A stretch of 64,000 bases of DNA. Source: Anaeramoeba ignava BMAN. Lineage: Eukaryota > Protista > Anaeramoebae. The notes beneath the pieces are model-generated. The model made no database searches. It was not told the origin of the DNA and was given only the letters and a program-made list of their open reading frames with translations. Location of the stretch: positions 124,001-188,000 of the forward strand of contig JAPDFW010000053.1 of NCBI GenBank assembly GCA_028826165.1. The letters run 5' to 3'. Within the stretch, counting starts at the first letter, position 1. Every line of letters begins with the position of its first letter. Positions 38,501-50,663 of the stretch are shown here, in pieces. Position numbers and translations under genes: made by a program.

Positions 38501-41500
38501 TGGATGATCCGAAAAGGTTTTTTATCTTCCGCAAATGATGAGCCAAACAAGATGTTGTAATCGTTTTTGATCTCGGAAAGAATTATTGGAAGCGAGGATA
38601 GGTTGTTTGTGAGAATCATTAAATGCCGGGAAAATTTCTGGGGATGATTTAAAATGGATTTGGGTAGTTGTATATTCTTAAACTTAGGCTGTGTTTTATC
38701 AATAATGGAAAGATCCAAATTTTGCGAGATTAACGAAAGAGTTGTGGGAAATTTGATTTTAGAGGTATGAATATCGAGAATCTGATATATTTCTTCGAAT
38801 GGATCGAGAATATCTGGTTTGGAACCAAAATTTCTCAAGATTGAGTTGAAAAGCATTAAGGGATCATCGTAAGGGATTCGGTTTTTGGAGAAATTCAACC
38901 CGATCATTTTGAGAAAATAATAGAAATCTCGGAGTCCAAAATAGTTTTTGTTGTTTGAATGGTTGGCAGCGGCTGTTTGAGAAAAAGGCATACTATTAAA
39001 ATTCACATTAGAATCGAGGGTGAATTGCTCATCCATTTTTTGCTGTTTCCTAAGGATATGTTCATAAAGTTTAGCAAGTTTTTTGGCGAATGATTCGGGA
39101 ATTTTGGAGTCAAAAGAATGTAGTATTTGTGTTGCTGTTGTTGCGAGTTCATTGAAATTTGGATCAACTCTTCTCAAGAAGATTCCTCTGTTCGTCTGGC
39201 TTGGATCAAGCTCCCAATTTGATACAGATATAATGGAAATGTTTGGTTCTTCTTCTCCCAAATTGGTGCTGTTGGAATTGAGTAATTTCTTGTCAGCCTT
39301 TTCGAGTTCGAAGTGAAGCACTTTCAACGGAAGATCTGGACTGAATTCTGCAAGTGCGACTTCATCAAGAATGACGGTACTCAAATTATCGCGAGAATTT
39401 GTTGAAGCGTATCTGCGAGCTCTCTCGAATATCCGGGTAATTCCTTCTGCAGTGATGATTGGCGAGCATTGAATATAAAAGGGTTTTAATGCAGGAAGCT
39501 CCCATTTTTGCAAGAATTGGTTTGTTTTTTTTGGGGGTCGAAGTGTTTGCATGAGAATTTCGATTGAGATTGATTTCGACGAGCCAGGTTTTCCGACAAG
39601 AAATAACGGGATCTGTGTGTAGCAACAGAAGAAGATTAAAAGGATATTTTCCTTGAGAGACTGATTATAAGCAATATTTTGTTCTTGGTAGTTAATTTGC
39701 AATTCTTTGATCAGATTTTCTTGTGTATTTTCGATAATTTCCTTAGCACCACCTTTTCGTTTTGGCTCTTTTTGAAAAGCTTTCCGGTATTTCTCAGCAA
39801 AGTTGTCGATTAATTGGAAGTACTTAACCCTTAAGGGAGTGTTGAATCTGCATCCAAAGCAAATGAACAAAGAAACAATCATTGCTTTTTTGGTTTTTTC
39901 TTTTGGATCTTCGGACGGAAACAGCAAATCTCCAATTTTATTTAACAATAGCCATTGCAAAACATGCAGAACTTTTGAAGAGTCTCGCAAAGAAACAAAC
40001 ACCAATTTGTCATTGGGGTTTTCGCGGATGAACCTGTGTGATTCGTAAAGAACAGAAGAAAACAAATCTGTTGTTTGATCGTCAAATAAAATTTCATTAT
40101 TTTTCAAGGATTTGATTGAAATGATGGAATTCTGGACCATTTTGGTGATATAAGACTGTTCTGATTTATCATTCAATTTCCCGTAGTCATAAATATTATC
40201 GAAATAAGAATCAGGAATGGGACGCACTCTGTAAACAATTTTGGTGTTTGTCTCTGCATCTTTTTCCCGTTCGCCATAGTCGAAAGTAATTCCTGCTTGT
40301 GGCTCATTCATCTCGCTATTTTCGTTATTTTCCAAATTTTTTCGCAAAATGTATGGATTTCCTGCAGCAATAAGAGCAATTTTTGGAGACACTGGCTCCC
40401 CATTAAGCAATCGATCTGAAAACAATGATTTTAGCAGCATAATGCATTTTTTGGGAGCGGTATTAAATTCATCGAAGAAAATATAAACGGTTTCGTTTTT
40501 GGAGTTGGCTACACTTTCTGCATCTTTAACAAACTTTGTGATTGTTTTCCTTTTGATTTTGCCGTGAATTGTGAGAGTGAACAATTTCTGTTGAAGAATT
40601 TTATCGCATAAATAGTTGATTAGGGATGTTTTTCCGCATCCTGTCTCACCGAGAAGAATTACAGGAAGACCTGCAAATAATCTGTACTGGATGAAAATCA
40701 TCTTGAGAAAGTTGTCTGTTGTGAATGTGTACCTGGATTGGTTTTTTTGATGCAGATCCGCTAAGCCTTGGATATCAACTGGTTTCGAGCTCAGTCCTTC
40801 AAGTGCTGAAAAGGCCTTCTGGTAATTTTTAATGTTACTATCCTTCGGGAGTGGTTCTCCAAAGTTAATCATGTTTCTCTCCAATATTTTACGCAAATCT
40901 GGATCGAAGCATTTCTGCATTTCTTTTTCATCATTCCCCAATATATTAATTCCTCTCAATAGAGTAGATGTCTGTCCGTTATTTGTTGCCTTAATGACAA
41001 GGATAATAATAAAAGAGCTGCCGAGAATCCCAGGGAACCATCTGTTTAAAAGTATTGCACATGTCTTCCATTTCCACTTCATTTGAATCACTTCTTATTT
41101 GAGAACTTGTCCAATCAAAAGAGCGTTCGACCATGTTAACAACAGACTTGATATAGGCATCGATAAATTGAGTTCGGAAAAGTTCTCCATTCAGATTATT
41201 CCCGAAAACCTCTGCTGAGATACTGGGAATTATCAAGGTATAAGTCATGAATCCCTTGATATGTGACTTGAGAATTTCCCAGAAATTAGAGAGTAGCCGA
41301 AATGTGAGTTGTTGTTTAGAATTGGCTTGAAGTATCGATTTGCTTTTTTGATATAAAAAGAGAGTATCTTTTCCTTCTTGAAAAATGGAGAAAACCATCC
41401 TTCTTTCGTCTGATTCTTTGTTCAAGGATTGAAATTTCTCGTCGTATAATCGAAACAAATTAACAACTCCAATCAAATCTTCGTCTCTTTCTTTTGATAT

Positions 41501-44500
41501 TGATCCGTTCCTGGGTATATATCGATCAAAAGAAACAATTTTTCCCCTGACTTTGCAGATGTTTTCTGGTAAGTATCTCAAAGGAGGGAAGAACATAAGT
41601 GTTTCATTTAAAGATTCGTTTGACGGAGCCTCGAATCGATGACTGGGAATCTCGAAAACCAATGTTACATTTTCTGATAAATTCCATGCAGAATTATCGA
41701 GCGAGAATGCGTGTTTATTTTCGATCGATCCCCACATCAACAGAGTCCACAGATAGTCGGATATTTTTGACTGAGTAAAATAGGGAAGTTCAACATGAAT
41801 ATAGTACTTTGTTGTGGGCTTCTGCTTTCTGCATATGGAGTTCAATTTTGTGATGATTTCGTTTCTGTTTTCTGATGTGATCAGGATCTGATGATATGAG
41901 GATTCTTGGCTATTTTGATTTTGTTCGTAGCAAAATTTGCGAATCTGAAAAGTTTTTCCTGATCCTGCGAGTTGCGATGTGAAAACTTTCATTCTTGAAG
42001 TAGAAGTGTTTTTCGAAACAAACTTCTGGAGTTGATCTTTGTTGATGCAAATTTTGCCAATTTCGTTAATGAATCCCGAATGGAAGGCATGATAAAGATT
42101 CTTGAAAAGGGATTTGGGACCTGAACAAAAAATAGCCATTGGGAATTGTGTTTCAAAGGAAATTGAGTTGATATTGGAAATGAAGATATTTTGATTCTTT
42201 TTGGAAAGTTGATCCGCATGAACCACAACAAAAAGAGAAGGGTGAGTGACGCTGTTCGTGACTAAATTTTTGTTTGTATTGTATAATTCGTAAACCTTGA
42301 GGAAATGCAGAATGTCTTCTTCAGTGGTTTCTTTTTCACAAATGAGAACTTGCTCTCTCAGTGGGAAATGATAAGAGAAAAGGAAAAAAAAGCTAGAAAC
42401 ATAATCGTAGATCTTGATCTCTTGAGTAATGTGGCACATGAATATTTTTGGATCAGCAACTTTCCCGCTTTTTCTGTTGAAATTGGAAATCAATAGTTTC
42501 TGCATATCCTGGAAATTTTGACTAGTATCCAATAATTCTCGGGGAATTTCAATTACTCTTTGCTTTTCAAAAGATTTCTGTAAAATACTATTCAATGTTT
42601 TTGCATATCCTTGGAATTGTGTTATTTTATTTTTGAGCTTTGATGCAATGGTTTCAAAAGATATTTTGTGCGAATACAGCCCAAGTAACTTCAAAAGAAT
42701 TTGCTCTTGTTCTTGTTCTTGTTCTTTTTTTTTTGGAGTCGATTTTGACAGGGAGTGTGATTTCAATGCATGCAAAATATGAAGGGTTTGCTCAGTAGAA
42801 AAAAAGGAAAGATAGCCCATAGTATTGAAAACCTCTTGGATATTTTTTTTCCATTCTTTCAAATCCAAGATTAATTGGTTATGGAATTGTGACAAGAAAT
42901 TTTGAAAAATTTCTTTTGATCCATAGACGAACATCTTAAAAAAATTGAATTTGTATTCAAAATGGAAATTCAGAATCAATTCCCAAAGCAGGTCGATTGA
43001 TTTTTGAATGAGCTCAAAAAAATCAAGGAAAGCAAGAATTGCTTGGTTTGTTTCTGCTCTTTGCTCTTTTTCATCGTTCGGCACCTGATAATTGTAGAAA
43101 ACAGCATAAAGATCTTCGAAATCATTGAAAGAAAACTTGAGGTTATCAACTTCGCAAATGAATACCTGTGACTTTTGCGATTCTGATCTAAAGAAAAATT
43201 TAGTTTCTGGATTGAAAATCTTGACAACATTACTTTTGGCTCTCATTTGAGAGGAATCGCTTTGAGAACTGAGCAGACCCGAGATTTCGGGAAGAAGTTT
43301 ATGAATCAAAGAAAACGAAATATCTTGTTTTTTTGTTTGCCATTTCTTCTCTTCTTTAGCGATTAATTTCACAAATTCCTTAAATGATGAGAATTCCGTT
43401 TTGTATATATATTTTTGCATTCTTTCTTGCAAAACCAGAAGATACTGGGCAGTAACCTTGTCTCTTTGGTCTTCGAAAATATCAGGATTAAAATGGGAGG
43501 ATTTTTTATTTGTTCGGAGCCAATCAATAAGAGTTGTATTCAATTCAATTTTGGAAAAAAGCTTCTTTGTGGATATTTCTTTTGGGTAATTTGCAGGAAT
43601 CAATTCTCCAAAGAAAGAAAGAGGAATAGAATCAAAACTAGGAATTGTGCTTTTGAGATTATCGGAAATTTGTTTAATTTTTTTCAAGGTTGAATTTTTC
43701 CAATCAATTGAAATATCTTTTGCTAGTCCATCTTTTGAGCTTTTAAAAGTATAAAAGCTGCAAAATTTGCGGAAACTGATTATATCGAGTTTTTGCTTTC
43801 TGAATTCAAGAAATGAACGTATTTTTTCATCAATTTTTTCTCTCGCTTGTGGATTTTGATGTTGATATTCAGGAGAGAAAAATTTGATTTCTTTGTCGAT
43901 CCAATTTCCATCTTTGTCAATGGGAAAAAGATCTCCAAGAGCAGAAAAAGTGATTTCTTCGCTTTCAATAGAATTATAAAGCTGCGCCCATTCCTCACAT
44001 ATTTTTGGAATGAATTTATTCTGAAACTCATTAATGTCCAAGTTTTCCTTCATAAAAGGTTTCAAAGTCGAATTCCATAAATTTTGGAAGATGTTTGAAT
44101 TTTGGAGAGAATGAATCCAGCGTAGAAATGAGAAATTAATTTGTGATTTTTTGAAAATTTCTTGCATTTTATGAAGAGGCTCTTTTGTTTCCTGTATTTG
44201 CTGTATTTGAGACTTGATATTTCCGAAATGTTCCGAATCTTCTCTCAAGTAAAAATTATCAAAAGTTTTGAGCAAATCCATATTAAAAGAGACTTGTAGA
44301 TATTTAGTATTAACCTCTTTGAAAACTAGCTTTTGAGATAAAACAACATCAAAAAGAATAGTGAAGTCTCCTCTGTATTTATTGAGATGAACAAATTCTT
44401 GGTAAGAGGCTTCAGATGAATGGATTCTGTTTCCAAAATCGAGAATTTGTTGAGAATATTTCCCAAGTAGCTTAGTAAGTGCATGTTTTTTGTTATTGAA

Positions 44501-46177
44501 TTCAGGAAATGATTCTTTATAAATTTTGAGCCATTTAAAACCAAGGCTTAATCTGTAAATGATATTTTGGTCGCCTTTTTTAAACTCGGGGATTAGTTCC
44601 ACAATGTTTGTTTTGGTGTTCTGCATTGAATGAACATCGATCAGGATATAATTTTCCCATTCAGGACATTGAATCTTTAGAAAATCAATTTGCTTAATAA
44701 TTTCGGTATTTTCAATAAGAGATTCTTTTCTGATTTTGTGATACCAAGTCTTGAGGAAAATTTCCAGCTTTTCAAACATTTCTTGTGGTGATTCTTTGAT
44801 TTTATCCATGACTCCTTGAGATTCACAAAGAATTTTGAGATTTGAAAGTGGATTTGATAAGTCGATAAATTTTTGGTTGAAAAAAGATTCTATGATTTCA
44901 TCTTGAATATTAACTGGAGAATTGCTATCAAAATTTAAGCTAAGATAAGGATCGACAAAAATATTTTCATTTTGGTTGTCGGTATTTTTTTGAGTTGAAA
45001 TTTTTCTGAAACGCAAGTAAAACGCGTTCCAAAATGTGAAAAATGATAAAGGATCTTCAAAAGATGAATTTCTGAAAAGTTGAAAAGTATAAACTGCATT
45101 TCCGTTAAAAGCTCGAAAAAATTTGGTGAGTAAATCTTCATGTGATTGAAATAATTCAAGCAAAATGTCAAGCCAGAATTTATCTTTAAAATAATCAGAT
45201 CCAAAAAGAAAAGCAAATAAAGTTGGATTGATAAAATGAACTAATTCTTTTGATGAAAGTCCAATATCGAGCAATTCGAAAAAATAATTCTTTGAAATCT
45301 TATTAGAATGAAGTAATTCAACGAAAGAGAATTGAATTTCAAGATGAATAAGAATGAAAGAATAAAGAATTATTTCTTTTTTCAAATCGTTTAGATTCAA
45401 TAAATATTTTTCAAATACATTTTTAATTTTGATTTGAATTTCTTCGTTGATTTGCGATTTATCTTCAAGAACTTCCATTAAAATTTTTGCGAACACGATA
45501 ATTTGTTCTTGCAAATCATTTTCTGGAAAAAGTAAGTTTGTTGCAATTGTAGAATCGTATATGTAATCAAGTATAGAAAGCAACAAGAAATTTTGCATTT
45601 TTGATTTTTCCGATTTTTCTAATTTTGATTTTGATTTTGATTTTGATTTTGATTTTGAATTTGAATTTGATTTTTTTGAATTTAATTTTTTGGATTTCTT
45701 TAAAATCCATTTTCTTAATCTTTCATTATCAGGTGTTTTTTGATTAATCAATGATGAAATAAAAGTAGAAATTTGTGGTATTTTTTGATATGAAAATTCT
45801 TTTGATAAGAAAATCATTGAATCTAATAATTTTAAAACGGATTCATTTTGAAAATATTTTGGATTTCTGTTTAGAGAAACAAATTCAAAAAACTCAATAA
45901 AAACGGACTTGAATTCATTTTTTTCAATTATATATTGTGTTGATTTAATGTTCTGTTCAATTTGAAAATGAAATTTAAGTAAATGTTTGTCTTCATTTTT
46001 TTTTGCTTCTCTTTCAAATTTTGCAAACCAAATATTTTTTGATAAACTTGGTTTTTTTAATTTAATTTCTTCTTCTTTGTCACTTGAATCAATTAATAAT
46101 TTAACTTGAAATTTCTTTAAATTTTCGATTGTATGGTTTTTTATAACTAACCAAATGTAAAATTTATTTTTATTCAT
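32526..46177 (-). CDS. RNF213: RNF213/mysterin-like giant AAA+ ATPase E3 ubiquitin ligase (~4,550 aa, intronless), split by two +1 frameshifts (~41012, ~37028)
   Basis: SQLAGSGKT; PVILLGETGCGKT; FFDEFNT; IAAGNPY; VYRVRPIP; VSLRD; PLFLVGKPGSSKS; LDEVALAEFSPDLPLKVLH; SNWELDP; FGLRDFY; LYDLLNQNY; PILNRFEK; RZ finger WWKCPNNHPYLVDQCG..CPLCG; VEVHND; IQLKH. These match RNF213 motifs in the expected order. Confidence 0.9.
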
Positions 46178-46199
46178 TGAAAAAAAAAATAAAAAAAAA

Positions 46200-47680
46200 A
46201 AAGGAAAAAAAAACAAAATTTTTTCCTTTTTTTTTTTAATCAACAAAAATAAAAAATTATAATAATTTTAAATAATATATTATTTATATTTTCAATTTAT
46301 TTTTAATTAATTGAATAATTTTGATTATTAATTTAATAATAAAATTAAATATTAAATTATTTATTTTTGTTGATTAAAAAAAACAAAATTTTTTCCTTTT
46401 TTTTTTTAATCAACAAAAATAAATAATTTTAATAACTTTAAATAATAGATTATTTATATTTTCATTTTATTTTAAATTAATTAAATAATTTTATTTATTA
46501 ATTTAATATTTTTATTTATTTATTAATTATATTTTTATTCCAAAAAAAAGTGGAATTGAAATATTTTTTATTTTTAAAAAATAAATAATTATAATAACTT
46601 TTAAATAATAGATTATTTATATTTTCATTTTATTTTAAATTAATTAAATAATTTTAATTATTAATTTAATATTTTTATTAATTTATTAATTATATTTTTA
46701 TTCCAAAAAAAAAGTGGAATTGAAATATTTTTATTTTAAAAATATAATTAATTTTAATAACTTTAAATAATAGATTATTTATATTTTCAATTTATTTTTA
46801 ATTAATTAAATAATTTTGATTATTAATTTAATATTTTTATTTATTTATTAATTATATTTTTATTTCAAAAAAAAAGTGGAATTGAAATATTTTTTATTTT
46901 AAAAAATAATTAATTTTAATAACTTTAAATAATAGATTATTTATATTTTCATTTTATTTTAAATTAATTAAATAATTTTAATTATTAATTTAATATTTTT
47001 ATTTATTTATTAAATTATATTTTTTAAAATAATTTTATTTTCATTTTTAATCAACAAAAATAAATAATTTTAATAATTTTAAATAATATATTATTTATAT
47101 TTTTCAATTTATTTTAAATTGATTAAATAATTTTATTTATTAATTTAATATTTTTTTATTTATTTATTAATTATATATTTTATTTCAAAAAGTGGAATTG
47201 AAATATTTTTTATTTTAAAATATAATTAATTTTAATAACTTTAAATAATATATTATTTATATTTTCATTTTATTTTAAATTGATTAAATAATTTTATTTA
47301 TTAATTTAATATTTTTATTTATTTATTAAATTATATTTTTATTTCCAAAAAAAAAGTGGAATTGAAATATTTTTTATTTTAAAATATAAATAATTATAAT
47401 AACTTTAAATAATAGATTATTTATATTTTCATTTTATTTTAAATTAATTAAATAATTTTAATTATTAATTTAATATTTTTATTTATTTATTAATTATATT
47501 TTTATTTCAAAAAAAAAGTGGAATTGAAATATTTTTTATTTTAAAAAATAATTAATTATAATAATTTTAAATAATAGATTATTTATATTTTCATTTTATT
47601 TTTAATTAATTAAATAATTTTAATTATTAAATTAATATTTTTATTTATTATAAATTATATTTTTAAAATAATTTTATTTT
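46200..47680. repeat. Intergenic ~163-bp AT-rich tandem satellite, ~9 units, between divergent RNF213 and VPS16
   Basis: The anchor AAAAGTGGAATTG occurs at 46550, 46714, 46876, 47192, 47356 and 47518 (spacing 162-164 bp, with one ~316-bp gap spanning a variant unit). Confidence 0.92.
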
Positions 47681-47729
47681 CATTTTTTTTTTCATTTTTT
47701 TTTTCATTTTTTTTCATTTTTTTTTTAAA
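47681..47729 (+). promoter_or_regulatory. Repeated TCATTTT initiator-like elements immediately before the ATG (example; seen at most genes)
   Basis: (TTCATTTTT)x4 before the VPS16 ATG. The same pattern precedes the ATGs at 12875, 13679, 17542, 22764, 50664 and, on the - strand, 12727, 21382, 26513, 28354, 32390. Confidence 0.6.
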
Positions 47730-50537
47730 ATGACTGAAAAATTTTTTTCATGGTCAAAACTTCAGGAAGATTATTACACTAAATTTGAACTTTACAACCT
47801 TGAATGGGATTTAGATCTAGACATTTTTATTGCAGAAGCAGCACCTAATGGTGGACCAATAGCGATATATCGTTCACCAACAAAAATTGTGATTCAAGAT
47901 CGAGAAATTTATAAAGGATCAAATGTACACATTTTCACGAGTTCAGGCAAAAGAATAGGACAGATCGACTGCAGCAAAAAGCCGCATATTGTGAAGATGG
48001 GATGGACTCACGATTCGCGATTGATAATACTTTTTGAAGACGGAGAAATATTTATTCATCCACTTGACAACTTGTTTGAACCAGAAATTCATAATTTTGG
48101 GGAATTATGTCAACAAGAGGGAATTCTGGAAAGCTATATCACACCGAATAACATAGTGGTGATCACCTTTAAGTTCAATATCCTGATTTTCGAGATTGAA
48201 GATGATCAAGTGACAAGGCTTAAGGAAATCAAAGTCCCGGCAAATACTGCAATTACTAGTTTATTATTTTATGAACTCAATTACGAAATCAATTTGGTGA
48301 TCGGGCTTTCGAACGAGAAGGTCCTGCAGATAACACGCAAAGGCACGAAGGAAATCAAGCTTTTCGACAGTCAGGTGGTTGTCAAAATGGACTTGTCACC
48401 GAACCAGAAGTTTTTTTCTTGCATCACAAATACTGGACTTGTTTATGTGACAACAGAAAATTTCTCGAATGTTTTGCTGCAATTCGATATGAAATCAAGC
48501 GTTATTCCAGAGCAGCTTAAATGGTGCGGAAGCGACACCATTCTTTTATATTTGAAGGATATAGAAAAGGACGGCGATGTCGAAAATTTACTTTTAATGA
48601 TTGGCAGAGGAAATTCGTTTGTAAATTATTATTATGGGGAGGAGCATCTTTTCATCACAACAGAAACGGACGGCGCAAGGATTTTCTCCCGAAATTCCTG
48701 CGAGTTTGTTTCGCAAGTCAAACCCTGCCGAATCTCAATATTCAAACTCGGGAGCGTGAGTCCCGAAACAATTTTGTTTGAGTCAGGAAACACATTTTTG
48801 GAAAAAAACTCAAAGGCGGATCTGAAAATCCGCAAAATTATGGAGGATAACCAGATGCACCATGCGGTCACGCAGTGCATCTTTGCGGCAGGGTTTGAGT
48901 TCGATACAAATATTCAGCGCAAACTTCTTCGCGCTGCTTCAATCGGGAAATCATACTGCAAAACCGTTGAAGACAGTATTTTAAACCTCAATAAATTTGA
49001 AGAGATAAAACCCATTTATTGCGATCCTAATCTCTCGCACATTCATCTTCACGAACCCGAATCAACAAATTTCAACCATCCGCTCAGCATCCACAACATC
49101 TTCGGGCAGATGAGCAAACTCATCCGCATTTTGAACACAATCCGCGATCCAGACATCGGCATCCCAATGACTCTGCCGCAATTCTTGCACATCGGGATCG
49201 ATAGTTTGATCGAGGTTTTATTGAAGAACAAGCAGTATTTGATTTCCTTCGAAATCTGCAAGTTTATGAATCTGAAGCAGAAGAATCATGTCTTGATTAG
49301 TTGGGCTTGTGCGCTCATCAAGTCAACAAGACACGACGACGACATATACGACATGATCCAAAAGAAAATCGATATCGAGCTCGGAAAGAACCAGATCCGC
49401 CGCTCGATATCTTACTACGAAATGGCAAACCAAGCTTCTTCTGCTGGAAGGAAAAATCTTGCTATTCGTCTTCTTGAAAATGAACTCAAACCTTCTAAAC
49501 AAGTCCCGCTTTTTCTTAGAATGAACGAAAATCAAACTGCCTTGAATAAGGCTATCGAAAGCGGAGACACCAGTCTTGTGTACTCCGTTCTCCTCAAGAT
49601 CTTATCCCGCAAAAAATACCGTTTGCATCAGAGAAAAAAATCAAACTCTCAAACAGAAAACTTGAAATTTGAAAACTTGCAAAAATCAATGAGCGAGAAC
49701 GACATTGGATTCCAGCAGGATCTCAAGCTCTTCAAACTCCTCAGAGGCAAGCCTTCCGCAATCGATCTTCTCATCGGATATTGGAGAGAACAGGATCATG
49801 CCTCCCTCTCCATTTTGCTCCGCGGATTGGGCTTGTTTTCGGATGTTGGACTCCTCAAAATCCTCGAGAATTTCTCAATCACAAAAACTCTATCAACTTC
49901 GGACAACCTCAACGACCCTCATCTTAAAAGACTCGAAGAAATTGAAAAGAGTCTCGATCAACTATCTGTGCAAAATCCTGAAAACAGACTCACTGATCGA
50001 GACGTTGTTGACAAAAAAATTCTCGTTCTCAAAGAAGCATCAACCATTTTTTCCGCCGCAAAGGATTCTTTCCACGACAAGGCAACAAACCAGCAAATCA
50101 AATTACTCCAAAAACAATTGGAATGTGAAAAGATTACATCCCAGAAATTTGTTGGTTTATCCTGTTCTCAAACACTCTTTAAATTGGTTACTTTGAACCA
50201 AACAAAACGTGCTGATAAATATCGAAAAGAACTAAAAATTTCTGAATCAAAATATTGGTGGATCAAAATTAGAGCTCTTGCTCATGTAAAACGCTTTAAT
50301 GAACTCGAAACTCTTGCAAGATCAAAATCCCCTATTGGTTACGAACCTTTTGCTCTTGTTTGCATTGAAAATGATGCTTTTAATCAAGCTTCTCCTTTTA
50401 TTGAAAAAATTTCTAATTCTCGAAGAAAAGCAGAATTATATTTGAAAACTGGTAATTACACAAGAGCTATTGCAAATGCTAAGCAGTTGAATGATCCGAA
50501 ATTTATTGATTTAATCATTTCCAAAAAACGGAAATAA
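47730..50537 (+). CDS. VPS16: Vacuolar protein sorting 16 (HOPS/CORVET subunit)
   Basis: YYTKFELYNLEW, AAPNGGPIA, QLKWCG, ETDGARI, CIFAAGFEFD..QRKLLRAASIGK, KQVPLFL, AIESGDTSLVY, WWIKIRALA, KSPIGYEPF. Confidence 0.96.
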   Translation: MTEKFFSWSKLQEDYYTKFELYNLEWDLDLDIFIAEAAPNGGPIAIYRSPTKIVIQDREIYKGSNVHIFTSSGKRIGQIDCSKKPHIVKMGWTHDSRLIILFEDGEIFIHPLDNLFEPEIHNFGELCQQEGILESYITPNNIVVITFKFNILIFEIEDDQVTRLKEIKVPANTAITSLLFYELNYEINLVIGLSNEKVLQITRKGTKEIKLFDSQVVVKMDLSPNQKFFSCITNTGLVYVTTENFSNVLLQFDMKSSVIPEQLKWCGSDTILLYLKDIEKDGDVENLLLMIGRGNSFVNYYYGEEHLFITTETDGARIFSRNSCEFVSQVKPCRISIFKLGSVSPETILFESGNTFLEKNSKADLKIRKIMEDNQMHHAVTQCIFAAGFEFDTNIQRKLLRAASIGKSYCKTVEDSILNLNKFEEIKPIYCDPNLSHIHLHEPESTNFNHPLSIHNIFGQMSKLIRILNTIRDPDIGIPMTLPQFLHIGIDSLIEVLLKNKQYLISFEICKFMNLKQKNHVLISWACALIKSTRHDDDIYDMIQKKIDIELGKNQIRRSISYYEMANQASSAGRKNLAIRLLENELKPSKQVPLFLRMNENQTALNKAIESGDTSLVYSVLLKILSRKKYRLHQRKKSNSQTENLKFENLQKSMSENDIGFQQDLKLFKLLRGKPSAIDLLIGYWREQDHASLSILLRGLGLFSDVGLLKILENFSITKTLSTSDNLNDPHLKRLEEIEKSLDQLSVQNPENRLTDRDVVDKKILVLKEASTIFSAAKDSFHDKATNQQIKLLQKQLECEKITSQKFVGLSCSQTLFKLVTLNQTKRADKYRKELKISESKYWWIKIRALAHVKRFNELETLARSKSPIGYEPFALVCIENDAFNQASPFIEKISNSRRKAELYLKTGNYTRAIANAKQLNDPKFIDLIISKKRK

Positions 50538-50663
50538 ATCCCAAATCAAATCAAATTAAATTAAATTAAATTAAACAAAAAATTCATTTGCTTTTTTTTC
50601 ATTAAAATTCATTAAAATTCATTTGCTTTTTTTTTTCATTTTTTTCCTTTCTTTTTTTTCAAC

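Noticed and set aside
32526-46177. Possible inteins in the large ORFs
   Set aside because: No C-start Hint block, LAGLIDADG motif or HN-[C/S/T] junction was recognised. VHND is a native RNF213 motif.
5031-50196. Numerous short antisense or alternative-frame ORFs within the large genes
   Set aside because: They are shadows of the real CDSs and have no recognisable motifs.
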